Source: Octopus sinensis (taxonomy: Eukaryota). Taken from it: a stretch of 64,000 nucleotides of DNA. Within the stretch, counting starts at the first letter, position 1, and every line of letters begins with the position of its first letter. This document shows positions 24,638-36,179 of the stretch, one piece after another. Both the position numbers and the translations under genes were made by a program. The stretch spans positions 189,410,001 through 189,474,000 of the forward strand of contig NC_042998.1 of the NCBI RefSeq assembly GCF_006345805.1. The letters are read 5' to 3'. A model generated the notes under the pieces. The model saw only the letters and a program-made list of their open reading frames with translations. It did not search any database and had not been told where the DNA came from.

Positions 24638-26159
24638 AGACAGTGTCACCAACCGTCTAATTTTACCATTACTACACCAACTGCTTAACTTCATCACCAC
24701 ACCAACAGTTATGTAAAATAACAAAAATCTTTCCTATTTTAGATGGTCATTGGTGTGCTGCTTGCGAAGTTAGGCAGATGGTAACTGTGTCTTCATGTAG
24801 CTAATCACCATCATCGTCGTCGTTTAACGTCTGCTTTCCATGCTAGTATGGGTTGGACAGTTTGACTGTGGGCTGGCGAACCAGATGGCTGCACCAGGCT
24901 CCAGTCTTGATCTGGCAGATGTGAGATGTATTTTTGCTGCACCCTGTACTTTTATTATTAAGGGTAGTCAATCAAACAAAAGAGCTTCTAAGTGACCAAG
25001 TTTCCCTCAAATCACATTCTACTGTCTAGACAAAAGAAGAATACATGAGATTGATTGTTGATAACAGTTTTTTGTGACAAAAGGTCATGAGGAATAATGG
25101 CATGTCTACATGCAGAGCTGAGGTTGTAACTGTCAGTACCGTTCAGTACCTGTAGTTTTTGTCTTTCTCCATCATTGCAGGGCTTTTCTTCCTGCTTGTG
25201 TTTAGTAGTTTTAAAGTGAGGGTCAGTCTGTGCAATCCGATCCTACTCTTTAGACTTGGAGGTTGGACCACAGTGGTTCGGTAGTCTAAGATGGCTGGGG
25301 TGGTGACAAGCAAGCTGGAGGTTTTACATTGAAGTGACTTTCTAATTAAATTGGTTTACAGAACTGAAGAGTTCCACCTAACCTACAGTTGCTAGAAGGG
25401 AATCAAAAACAGCACCTGGTCACCTGAGGGATTTTGGTCCTTGATTTGCTATAGAGATTGACTCTCCTAGCCTTTTCCTTTCTCAAGGCACTCGCAAGGC
25501 AATGAGGGGGTTGTGCTTGGAGTCTTTTCCATAACATGCTGATTATCTCATAGCTCAGAACCTGTCAGGTGCCTCTACTCTGGGCCAGAGAAGACCTGGA
25601 AACAACAGTGGCTAAAAGTTAGTTCCACACTCCTCAAAATGCTGGAGCTCCTGAATCAGGGCCCCACTACCAGACACAGTTTCAAATCATATCCAGGACA
25701 TATACAGATATAAAAATATGGGATGAACACAGTTTGAATGATTTGTTCATATATCAGCATTTTATTCAAGGCTGGCCTGGGACTAAACAACTACACAAAC
25801 ATTGAGTTATCTTGAGATTTTGTGGCTAGCCAAAATAAGCCATCTATGATGGAACCACCATTGATTTTGATGATGAGTATTCAGTTGTTCAATTAACGGA
25901 ACATAGTGATAAATGTGATGTTATTCTTTTTAGCTTCAGGTCCATCCTGATCAAACAAACTTGTAATCAAAGACATTCTGACCATCACCATCTCTGCTTT
26001 TTAACAGTTTATCTTGAACTACATTATTCAATGTTGTTCCTCAGTAGAGTGTGATTTTAGAGAGATTTGGTTGCTATTTCTAGTAGGTGACTGACTCCAT
26101 AAAGGCTCCATCATTAGCTCAATGAAAATGATAATGATGATGTTATCAGATATAAGACC

Positions 26160-26500
26160 ATTACTCCATCTGCTTCTGCACTACCAACATCAGTTTGGGA
26201 CAAGTGTGAGTGCCACATTGTGTTGTGAGTGTCAAAATCACCGAGGATGATAACAATGAAGGAGATATGATAAAAAAATTGGCAGGTGGTTTGAAGAATT
26301 TGGAAACTGGTCGAGGGAGCAAATGTATTTCAGAGACTTGGAGTCAGAGTAACTTTGAATCATTATTGTTGAAATAGAAAGGTGAGTGACAAGCACCACT
26401 TTTGGAGTGAAGTTTGAGTGGGGACTGTAGTCTGAGTTCTAGATAGGGGTTGAGAAATTTGTTTCATAGAGGAATAGGACCTGTAAGAAGTGATGGTGTA
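26160..26500 (-). mobile_element. Ancient LINE APE endonuclease fragment
   Basis: IVIILGDFDTHNTMW resembles the GDFNxHxxxW motif. Confidence 0.55.
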
Positions 26501-26754
26501 AAGGGTGATGCATAGGATGTGAGGGAAGAGAAGGGAAAGTTGGCCTGGAGGTTTGGTTCTATTTTTGAGAAGTTTAGAGGGTGCTGATGTATGGATAGGT
26601 CATGATAAGCCTTTAAATGCTTGCAAAAGTCATAACTCCACTAAAGGCACCTTAGGCCAAGTAGTAGTGTTAAACCAGGCAGCATAATCTGCTTCAACCC
26701 AAAAAATAATTTGAAACCTTCTACTCCATATATAGGGAGATTTCATTTGAATAA

Positions 26755-26788
<34 letters not shown>

Positions 26789-27109
26789 TGTGGCAGTGGT
26801 GACTTTCATAAGACTGTCATGTTGATGAGAATAATATACACCCAAGTGGCTGTATATATGTATTTACATATTTGTTTAAATGAATATATTTATTTACCTA
26901 TTAATTTATTTTGTGAGACAAAATCTTACCCTGAGTCATAGCGGCAATTCAAACGCCTCCTTGACTCTATTGACTTTCAATGTCACTCCTGTTAGTGGGG
27001 GTATGCTAGAGGGAGTAAGAGTACAGATAAGATGGAATGTCGTTACCGCTCTGAAACAACAAACAAATCAAATCATATCTACACAAACATGAAAGCAAAT
27101 TTGTTCATG

Positions 27110-27139
27110 CACACACACACACGCACACACACACATGCA

Positions 27140-27208
<69 letters not shown>

Positions 27209-27329
27209 ACACACTTACACTCACACTGTCAGCTGTACACAAACAAGAACAGTCATTCAGTTAAATTTAGTCAACAGAATCTGTGTGGATACCTCTCAGT
27301 GAGACTGTTCCTGTTATTGAGTAATATAT

Positions 27330-27419
<90 letters not shown>

Positions 27420-27440
27420 ATATATATACACATATATATA
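27110..27440. repeat. (CA)n and (TA)n microsatellites
   Basis: Seen directly. Confidence 0.95.
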
Positions 27441-27441
27441 G

Positions 27442-28037
27442 TACAAATAAGAAAATGGAGAACCACATTAGTTGGTTCATCAGCTTTAGGATATTAAAAT
27501 GTTGACTTATATATTTAACAAAATGACAACCATAATACTATACATACATATAGTATATTATTCAATGCATATAAGATAAGAATACAAGTAGTTATTAAAA
27601 AACATGAAAACTACTTGTATTATTATCTTATATGCATTGAATAATATACTATATGTATGTATGATATTATGGTTGTCATTTTGTTAAATAAATAAGTCAA
27701 CATTTTAATATGTTGACTTATTTAACACCCGTGGACATATTTACAAAGTCAGAAAACAGCACAGCTCCCATGACTTTCAGGAAACATTTTTTCACGCTGA
27801 GAGTTGCTGAAGCATGGAACAAACTGCCGGCAACAGTTGTTAGTTGTCGGAGCACTGCATCCTTCAAAACTTCCATGCTTCCTGAGATCCGCCAACACTA
27901 CACCTGATTTTCTCCCCTCCATACACACGCAAGCATGTATCTGACTCATGCATTGTTCGCTTTCCAGACATTTGTACATTACTGCATATACTCTGACAAG
28001 TTGTGGTGCATCTGAGCACTGTATACAATAATTTCAT

Positions 28038-28069
<32 letters not shown>

Positions 28070-28296
28070 CCTAAAGCTGATGAACCAACTAATGTGTTTC
28101 TCCTTTTTCTTATTTGTAATATAAATTAATGGTAAAATATTTCTTTACCTTCACCCATTTAATACAATAAGTAAGTTTATTGCATTGCAATTAAAAAAAC
28201 TTGTGTATTAATAATTTGGGTAGTATACCAACAGTATATTGGATAAGTATTATCTCTTAGTGGGTTGGATCCACAACCCCTAACTTACTTGGTGGT
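27442..28296. mobile_element. Penelope-like remnant with an inverted (fold-back) terminal repeat, interrupted by a CR1 3' end
   Basis: Arms 27442-27593 versus 27609-27711 plus 28066-28117, (TA)n flanks, family copy at 47785-48120. Class assignment is inferred from architecture. Confidence 0.55.
27728..28045 (+). mobile_element. CR1-clade LINE 3' end with (ATT)n tail
   Basis: FRKHFFTLRVAEAWNKLP...SFK. Copies at 37465-37725(-), 38415-38725(+) and 56229-56462(+). Confidence 0.9.
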
Positions 28297-28309
28297 ATAT
28301 ATATAATAT

Positions 28310-28580
28310 TGAGATGACAAAGGTATAAAAAATTATCTTATGGACTTCAATAGAGTTGTTTCTGCTATAAAATGCAATGGACTCATAGTTGAGTGACTGA
28401 GTATTACCTTATAGCTTCATTGGAGCCTCAAATGTGAAGTAAGGGCACTTCATGTTTGAGGATCCAGTGAAGCTATAAGGTGATATCCAGGCACTCAACT
28501 ATGAGCCCACTGCATCTTATATAGCAGAAACGGCTCTATTGAAGTTCATAAGATAATTGTTTTATTCCCTTTCCATCTCA
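28310..28580. repeat. Imperfect hairpin with ~130-bp arms and a 6-nt loop
   Basis: Centre cctcaaatgtgaagt-aagggc-acttcatgtttgagg. Confidence 0.9.
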
Positions 28581-28794
28581 TTTTCTTATTACAGCTCTGT
28601 AGTTGACTAATGCTTCATTCTGAAGCATATATATATTGAGTTTTACACCAGGTTATTAGTATCGCAATCCAAAGCAATATGTATGATGTATGTATGTATG
28701 TATGTATGTATGTATGTATGTACACATACATATATATATACACGCACACACATATACATCCATACATACATCCATACATACATCCATCCATACA

Positions 28795-28830
<36 letters not shown>

Positions 28831-28899
28831 TACACACAGACATATATATTATATATATATATATATATATGCACATGAACATAATTAGTACGTACAACC

Positions 28900-30530
28900 C
28901 CTAATACACACTAATATATACGTATCAAGCTCGACCTCCACAGTGATAAGTTTACACACAATCACACCCAGATGGGTGAATTGCACAACCAGTGAATGCT
29001 CACACATACGGGCGCGATTACATTGTTGCATATATCGAGCCAAAATAGTATGCATATGTACATGTGAGGGGTACACGTAAATGAAGTGAGCGTGTACCCC
29101 CTGTATTTATACCCGTGCGTGAATATACACATGGAGACTATACGATGTATTTATTGTTGTTTTCATAAGAGTGTTTATGTATATGAGATTGGTTGTGAGT
29201 TTTTAATTGTATAATTAATTTATTTATCTGTATGAGTGTGGGTGTAAATATTGTTGTATATATCGAGTTTTAGTGAGTATGTATATGCGTATAGTGAGGG
29301 AGCATATGTATCTGTTGTGTGTGTGTGTTTTGCGTGTGTGCGTGTTTTTGTGTGTGAATGTGTATTTGGGTTTTTGTTATTTAGGATTTGGGATGTATGT
29401 GTTAATTTGTCTGTGTGGGGAGGGAGTGGTTTTTGGTGTATATTGAGGTTTATAAGTTAGTATAGGTTTGTGTATAAGTCTGGGTCTGTGGTTTACGTGT
29501 GGGTTTTTTGTGTGTGAATGTTTAGGTTAGGGGGATTGCTATATAAGTTTGTTATAGGGTTTAGCAAAGGGAGATTTTATCGTTATATGCTTTTATGAGT
29601 TTTGGTTTATCATGGTTTTTTTAGGTAATTCGTGGTATTTTGTCTATTTTAGGTGTTGGTTATTTTTTTACATTATTTCATTCATAATTTTTGAGTGGTG
29701 TTCGTTTTGCCACGTGAATAACCGGGTGGTGGACTAGCGTTGATTGGAATGTGAATGGATTAGTTAGTAGTGAGGTAGGCATAGAGAATGGGATTGGGTT
29801 ACTGCAAGTTGTTTGTTAGAGATGCTAAGGTGAGTTAAAGCTCATAAATGTATATAATGTTTTTGTGGGTGTGTAAGTATTGTTGTATATGTCGAATTTA
29901 GTGAGTATGTATAGGCGTATATGTGAGGGAGTATATGTATCTTTTGTGGTGTGAGTGTTTTGCGTGTGAGTGTGTGTTTTGTGTGTGAATGTGTTATGGG
30001 TTTGTTATTTAGGTTTTGGGATGTATGTTTAATTGTCTGTGTGGGGAGGGAGTGGTTTTTGGTGTATATTGAGGTTTATAAGTTAGTATAGGTATGTGTA
30101 TAAGTCGTGAGTCTATGGTTTACGTGTGTGTATTTGTGTGTGAATGTTTAGGTTAGGGGTTTACTTTATAGGTTTGTTATAGAGTTTAGCAAAGGGAGAT
30201 TTTATCGTTATATGTTTTTAAGAGTTTTGTTTTATCATGGTTTTTTTTAGGGAATTCGTGGTATTAGTCTATATTTTCGATATGGATTATATATAGGTTA
30301 TATATGGATATATACTTATATTTTTTCATTTATACTTTAATTATTTAAAGTATTATTTTTATATTTTAAAATTTTGATTTTTAGATTGGAAGTCCACCTG
30401 AAGATTGTCGATCAAGACAAGAAACGATTGTAGTGGCGGTTTTTTTGACTATTTATTAAATTTATGTATTGATTAAGTCTTTCTTGTTTTTTTGCAAAAT
30501 AGTGGTTTTGTCTCAAATAATATTTTATTA
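28900..30530 (+). mobile_element. GT-skewed non-coding Penelope-like or retrozyme-like element with a ~410-bp internal duplication and a 3' hammerhead
   Basis: Direct repeats at about 29237-29650 and 29864-30272, hammerhead at 30394-30436, (TA)n flanks. Confidence 0.55.
30394..30436 (+). ncRNA. Minimal type I hammerhead ribozyme motif
   Basis: ccac CTGAAGA ttgtc-gatcaa-gacaa GAAA c-gatt-g TA gtgg, with all core residues and stems I and II intact. Confidence 0.8.
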
Positions 30531-30599
30531 TATATATATATATATATTATATATATATATATATATATTAATATATATATATATATTATATATATAATG

Positions 30600-30800
30600 T
30601 GACCGCGTGTGTACCGTTGGCGATTTTTTTTCCCTCTGTCTTCCCTTCTCCGGATCTTTCCTTCTATGTTTCTGACGAAGATTTCTGCTCGAAATGTTAA
30701 ACCCTCCTTCTTTCTTTCTTTCCTGAGCATCCAATAATACTATATGTGTTCCATGTCCTCAAGTTGTTGTGTTTTTTGTGCTTTCATGTTTGGATTAACT
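30600..30800 (+). mobile_element. Penelope-like terminal repeat fragment with a degenerate hammerhead (30668-30702)
   Basis: gttt CTGACGA a gatttctgctc GAAA tgt TA aac, stem II disrupted, (TA)n flanks. Confidence 0.45.
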
Positions 30801-30834
30801 TTATATATTTATATATATATATATATATCATCAA

Positions 30835-31575
30835 TATCATCATCATCTTTAACGTCCACTCTCCTTGCTTGCAAGGGTCAGACACTTTGACAGAAGCTGA
30901 TAAGCTGGAGAGCTGTACCAGGTTCCAGCCTGATTTGGCATGGTTTCTACAGCTGGATGCCATTCACTCCAGGAGTGTAATGGGTGCTTTGACATGCCCC
31001 CAGCATGGGTGCTATTTACATAATGCCAACAGTGACCATCACTACAACTCATGGATACCATTTACCTGTCACTAGTAACATCCATGACAATCCACAGGTG
31101 ACCTTTACCAACAACGACCATGACTACGATTCATGGGTGCCATTTATAAGGCACCGTGATGGCCCTACTCTGATTTCACAGGTGCCATTTGCATGGCTCA
31201 AGAAATGACCATGACTACAATTTAATGGGTACCATTTACATGACATCAGCAAGGTCACAACTATGATTTCACTTGGCCTGACGAGCCTACTCATACACAA
31301 CATTTGCCAGAGGTCTTGGCCACTTGTCATCACCTCTGCAAGGCCCAACATTCAATAATCATGCTTCACCACCTTATCCCATGTCTTCCTGGGTCTACCT
31401 CTTTCACAAGTTCCCTCCACAGTTAGAGATTGGCACTTCTTTACACAGCTGTCCTTGTCTATACACACCACATGATCATACTGACACAGTCGTCTCCCTT
31501 GCACACTACATCTGATGCCTCTTATGCCCAACTTTTCTCTCAAGACGCTAACACTCTGTTGTACATGCACACTGA
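30835..31575 (-). mobile_element. Older RTE LINE fragment: ORF C-terminus contiguous with the (ATG)n-tailed 3' UTR
   Basis: LREKLGIRGI...RRL...VEGTCERGRPRKTW followed by the family core. Confidence 0.85.
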
Positions 31576-31790
31576 TACTGCAACAAAAACAGGATCAAAC
31601 ATCCTTCCTGAGTCATAGGCTCATAAAACCAGGTTTGCTAGATTCTGTGGCTTACCCTCACTTGCCAGTCTACCGGCCAAGTGAACTGGAGTCAATTTAA
31701 AATGAATTGTTTTGCTCAAGAACATATGTCACCTGGTCCAGGAACTGAAACTGATCATGAGTGCAACACCTTAACCAATAAGCCATGCAC

Positions 31791-31826
<36 letters not shown>

Positions 31827-32454
31827 TCTCTCTTTTTACTCTTTTACTTGTCTCAGTCATTTGACTGCGGCCATGCTGGACCACCGCCTTTAGTCGAGGA
31901 ATTTGACCTCAGGACTTATTCTTTGTAAGCCTAGTACTTATTCTATCACTCGCTTTTGCCGAACCGCTAAGTTACGGGGGGACGCAAACACACCAGCATG
32001 GTGTATATATATGTCCTATACACCTGTATTCACCACTCATTGCATTTCTCTTCCCCTCTCCTCTTTATTTTCTACTCACCTTTAGCAGTCTTGTGAACAC
32101 CCTCCACACTCACCCTCTCCAGTCCTCTCTACCACTCAACTTCCTTCACCTCCCTGTATTTTAAGGGTACACCCAGGCATATCTTCACAACCATCTTCTC
32201 TCTCTCTCTCTTTCTCCCGCTCTCTTTATCTTTCTTTCCTCTGACTGGGGTAACCACATATCTCTTCTACAGTAAGACACTTGTTTTTTCTCTTTCAATT
32301 ATAGTGAACTTGAGATGGGAAATTTTCTTTAAATTTCAAGCATTTCAACAAGTTCACCAATTCTCCCCAACTGGAGAAAACTAGCCTCTCTGGATTAGAC
32401 ACACAGTCTTACAAACTTTCACTTTTCCCCATCAAATTCAGTTTACCAGCCATT

Positions 32455-33453
32455 GTTGTTGGCATCCTTTTTGTCTTGAGAGACAATGGAGTTGCGCATA
32501 AAATAATTTAGTCCGGGTTTTATATTTCATGTCCTGATACATCTCCTGCTGTGGCTGTGTAGTCCTATCCTGGACAAACACTCCCTCTGGCAGGTGCCGC
32601 AAATGTAGCGAAGACTTTGCCTGGCTGGTTGTAATGTCATACTTTCTTGTTGACGTCTTTTCTTGTCTTTCCATTTCTCCTCTCTCCCTTTGTTACTCCT
32701 TTGTTTTGAGCAAGCATGTAGCAACTTTGGCTTAGTTATCAGCCTCAAGAAGACCAACATCATGGGTCAGGCTACATCGGACATCCTACACATACATATT
32801 AGAGACCACAGACTACAGAAGGTGAAGTTTACCTATCTTGGCTCTACTGTCACCTACAATCTATCCCTTGATGCCAAGCTCAATGTACGCATTGGCAAGG
32901 CAGCTGCTGTGATGGCCCAACTCTCCAAACGGGCATGGGACAACAATAAGCTGACCAAAACCACAAAAATGAAGATTTACCAGGCATATGTACTTAGCAC
33001 TCTACTGTATGGAAGTGAGACTTGGACGCCATACACACGCCAAGAGCGTCGCCTAAATATCTTTCACCTGCGCTGCCTCCGGAAAATTCTTGGCATCAAA
33101 TGGCAGAATCATGTCCCCAACAAAGATGTCCTCAAGCAAGCAGGAACATCAAGCATGTTTGCACTCCTCACACAAAGACGTATGAGATGGCTTGAACATG
33201 TTAGCCGTGTGGAAGATGGCAGAATCCCCAAGGACATACTGTACGGAGAGCTTGCTAGGGGCACTAGGTCTGTGGGAAGACCGTTCTAACGATACAAGGA
33301 TGTTTGCAAAAGGGACATGAAGGCCTGCGGCATCAATATTAGCAACTGGGAAGCAGTTGCCAGCAACCGTAGAAATTGGTGACGTACCGTAAAAGAGGGA
33401 ACCCAAAGGAGTGACAGAGGGAGAGAGGAGAAATGGAAAGACAAGAAAAGACG
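32455..33453. mobile_element. RTE LINE insertion with 5' inversion
   Basis: RT C-terminus on plus (32706-33453: FGLVISLKKT, FTYLGS, LLYGSETW, GRIPKDILYGEL). C2H2 finger and 3' UTR on minus (32455-32705). TSD ttaccagccatt at 32443-32454 and 33454-33465. Confidence 0.92.
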
Positions 33454-34339
33454 TTACCAGCCATTATTAGTTCTTAGTCTAACAGGGCAAAGGGACACAA
33501 CTCTTATTATAATCCCCGTCAGACTTCCCTTTACTCGTTTCTTGCAGAGATCAGCAATGTTAATTTTGAGCTTGAAAGATTGTAGGACAGTACACAGCAC
33601 ACAATATAAACTTATCCGTTTACTGCATTATTAGTGCATGAGACTGGTAGTAACTCACATTTAAATCCTGTGTTTATTACATTTGAATCCTCTGTGATAT
33701 GTATGACTGTTTTTCTTCTGTTTCTAATTATTTGAAATATTCCTTTGAGGGAGTTCGTTTTTAACAAAGATGGGATGTAGGTAACAAAAACAAATTCACC
33801 TTTTAAACTTGAGAAAAGTTTTGCATATTTTTACTATTCCACTTACAGGTTGTATTTGTAATGTGCAAGTTTGCAAGGTGATTTCTTTTTCTGAAAATGC
33901 CATCTTATCCAGATTGTCACTTAAGCATTTACTCCCAAAAGCAAGTGCACCATTATTGATATAAATACGAATTCCTAATTTGGAGGTTTTGAAGCAACTG
34001 TCCATAGTCGACCGCTTTCTCTTTAATTTTCAAAGAGATATTCACATCAACAGGGCAGTTGTCCTCTGTGATGGTACATACTTTTACTTGTCTGTCCCAG
34101 ACAGTAATAACTGGCATCTTATGTTTACACTTCAGTAAAATTGTTGAATTTATAAGAAAATAACCAAAAAAGTTGAAGACCGTTATAACAAAATTATCTT
34201 GGATGTTTGCACATCATCAATCACATTTCTGTTCACTGATAACACAGTATTCACATTTTAATCTCAACAAAGATTTCTATTTTTTTTTTTTTTGAAAATG
34301 TTTTAAAAATATAAATATTGTAGTTGGTTTAAATATTAT

Positions 34340-34551
34340 ATCTTTTTACTTTTACTTTTACCTTTTTTGTTTCAGCCATTTGACTGTGGCCATGCTGGAG
34401 CACCACCTTTAGTCGAGCAAATCGACCCCAGGACTTATACTTTGTAAGCTTTGTACTTATTCTATCGGAAGTAAACACACCAGCATCGGTTGTCAAGCGA
34501 TGTTTGGGGGGGGGGGGACAAACACAAACTCACAAACATATACACACATAC

Positions 34552-34598
<47 letters not shown>

Positions 34599-34748
34599 AT
34601 ATATATAGTTTCTATCTACCAAATCTACTCACAAGGCTTTGGTCGGCCCAAGGCTATAGTAGAAGACACTTGCCCAAGGTGCCACGCAGTGGGACTGAAC
34701 CCGGAACCATGTGGTTGGTAAGCAAGCTACTTACCACACTCATACGCC
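34340..34748 (-). mobile_element. SINE family A
   Basis: Matches family head and tail. Confidence 0.85.
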
Positions 34749-35479
34749 TTCCTATCTCTAAAATAAAATCATGACCTTTCTTGATACCTTATATAGTGCC
34801 TTGATATTTACTTCCTCTTATGAATTCACAACTCCCCCAGGTTAAGTACCACTGATATAGATTAATACGAAATACTTATAGTGTCAACTAAGGTTAACCT
34901 GTATCATACCATGATGTTATTGATATTTAGTGTAGGTTAACCCTGATTGAGCAGATCTACATTCAAAGACATTCTAGCCTTCTCTTTCAAGATATCTAAT
35001 ACTGTATTATCCAAACTATTCTTTCTATATTTAAGTCTGTAGTGTGTGATTTAAGTGAGATTTGACAGCTATTTCTAGAAGGTCATGCAACCGTGTTGCA
35101 GCTTTCACAATGGCTTATTGTTTTATGGGGCGGCAGGGTGGTAACACAGATGGCAGTGAATATGACGTGTGTGTGTGGGAGGGGAAGTCATGTGGTCATA
35201 AATTTTCTGATAATCTTCAATGGTGCAAACAAAGTATGCTTTCCTTATTAGTCAGATTCTGGTACCAGAAATTTGTATTTGTTGTCAGCTATTCTGATAA
35301 ATATTTGTTTACGTCTTCTGCCTGGGAGAATAACATATGGAGTAGGTAATATCAGTTTGAACCACATACACAATCTAGTAATTATGTATGTATGTATTGT
35401 ATGTGTGTGTGTGTGTGCATGCGTTTTTGTGGGGGAGGAAGGGGCAGTGCCCTCTCAGACCAGTGAGGTTGATGCCATT

Positions 35480-36050
35480 AACATTTGACTTAAAGTAAAT
35501 AACTGAAAGAAAAACATCTGTAGGGAGGGAATTTTAGAGAAGACAGAAATAAAGAAGGACTTGACAGAGGGGTTAGTGTGGAAAACTTGAAAGGTTGAGC
35601 TCAGCATGTATGGGGAGAGGAGGACAGATGAGTGAAACATGAGTGCCTGTGTGAAAGGGACACAAACCAGCTCTGAGGAACAAAGGCTATTGGAGTACAG
35701 GCAGAAAAAAGCAGAGAGGAAATAGCAGGTCTGTGGGTGAGCAGTTGGAGTTGAGTTTGAGAGGGACTTTATACTACTCAGCTGAGTGACCTTTCTGTGG
35801 ATGCTGTCAAGGATTCCTGTCTGTGTAGCAGCACCCAGCATCCAAGATGTGGGAGCAGTACTCAGTATGGTTCTTTCCTGAGCTTTATAGAGGTTGAGTA
35901 GTTGTTAGGAGCTGTAATATTATCAGGCTCGGAAGAGAAGTGCCATTCTTTGAGATGTACTTTTTGCTATATTGAGATACACTAGCCTGGAGAAATTGTA
36001 CATGATAATGAGGTATAGCATTTTTTTGAGTGATTGTGAATGTTGTATGT
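35480..36050 (-). mobile_element. Ancient LINE (CR1/Jockey-like) RT C-terminal fragment
   Basis: LYKAQ...ILDSIHRK...LCSSEL pattern with frameshifts. Confidence 0.65.
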
Positions 36051-36179
36051 TAATTTTGTTTAAGGAAGTGAGGTTAAATAATATTTTCTTGGCATGCATG
36101 AGTGTGTGTAACTGTATTTGTATATATGTGTGTCTTCAAGTGAGTTAGGAAACAATAAGGACATGTGTTTGTGTGTATA

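Noticed and set aside
33796-34005. ORF MDSCFK... and its look-alike 43265..43507 as a protein family; also considered as a mitochondrial insert
   Set aside because: Differences fall mainly at second codon positions, the paralogue has in-frame stops, and translation with the mitochondrial code gave nothing recognisable.
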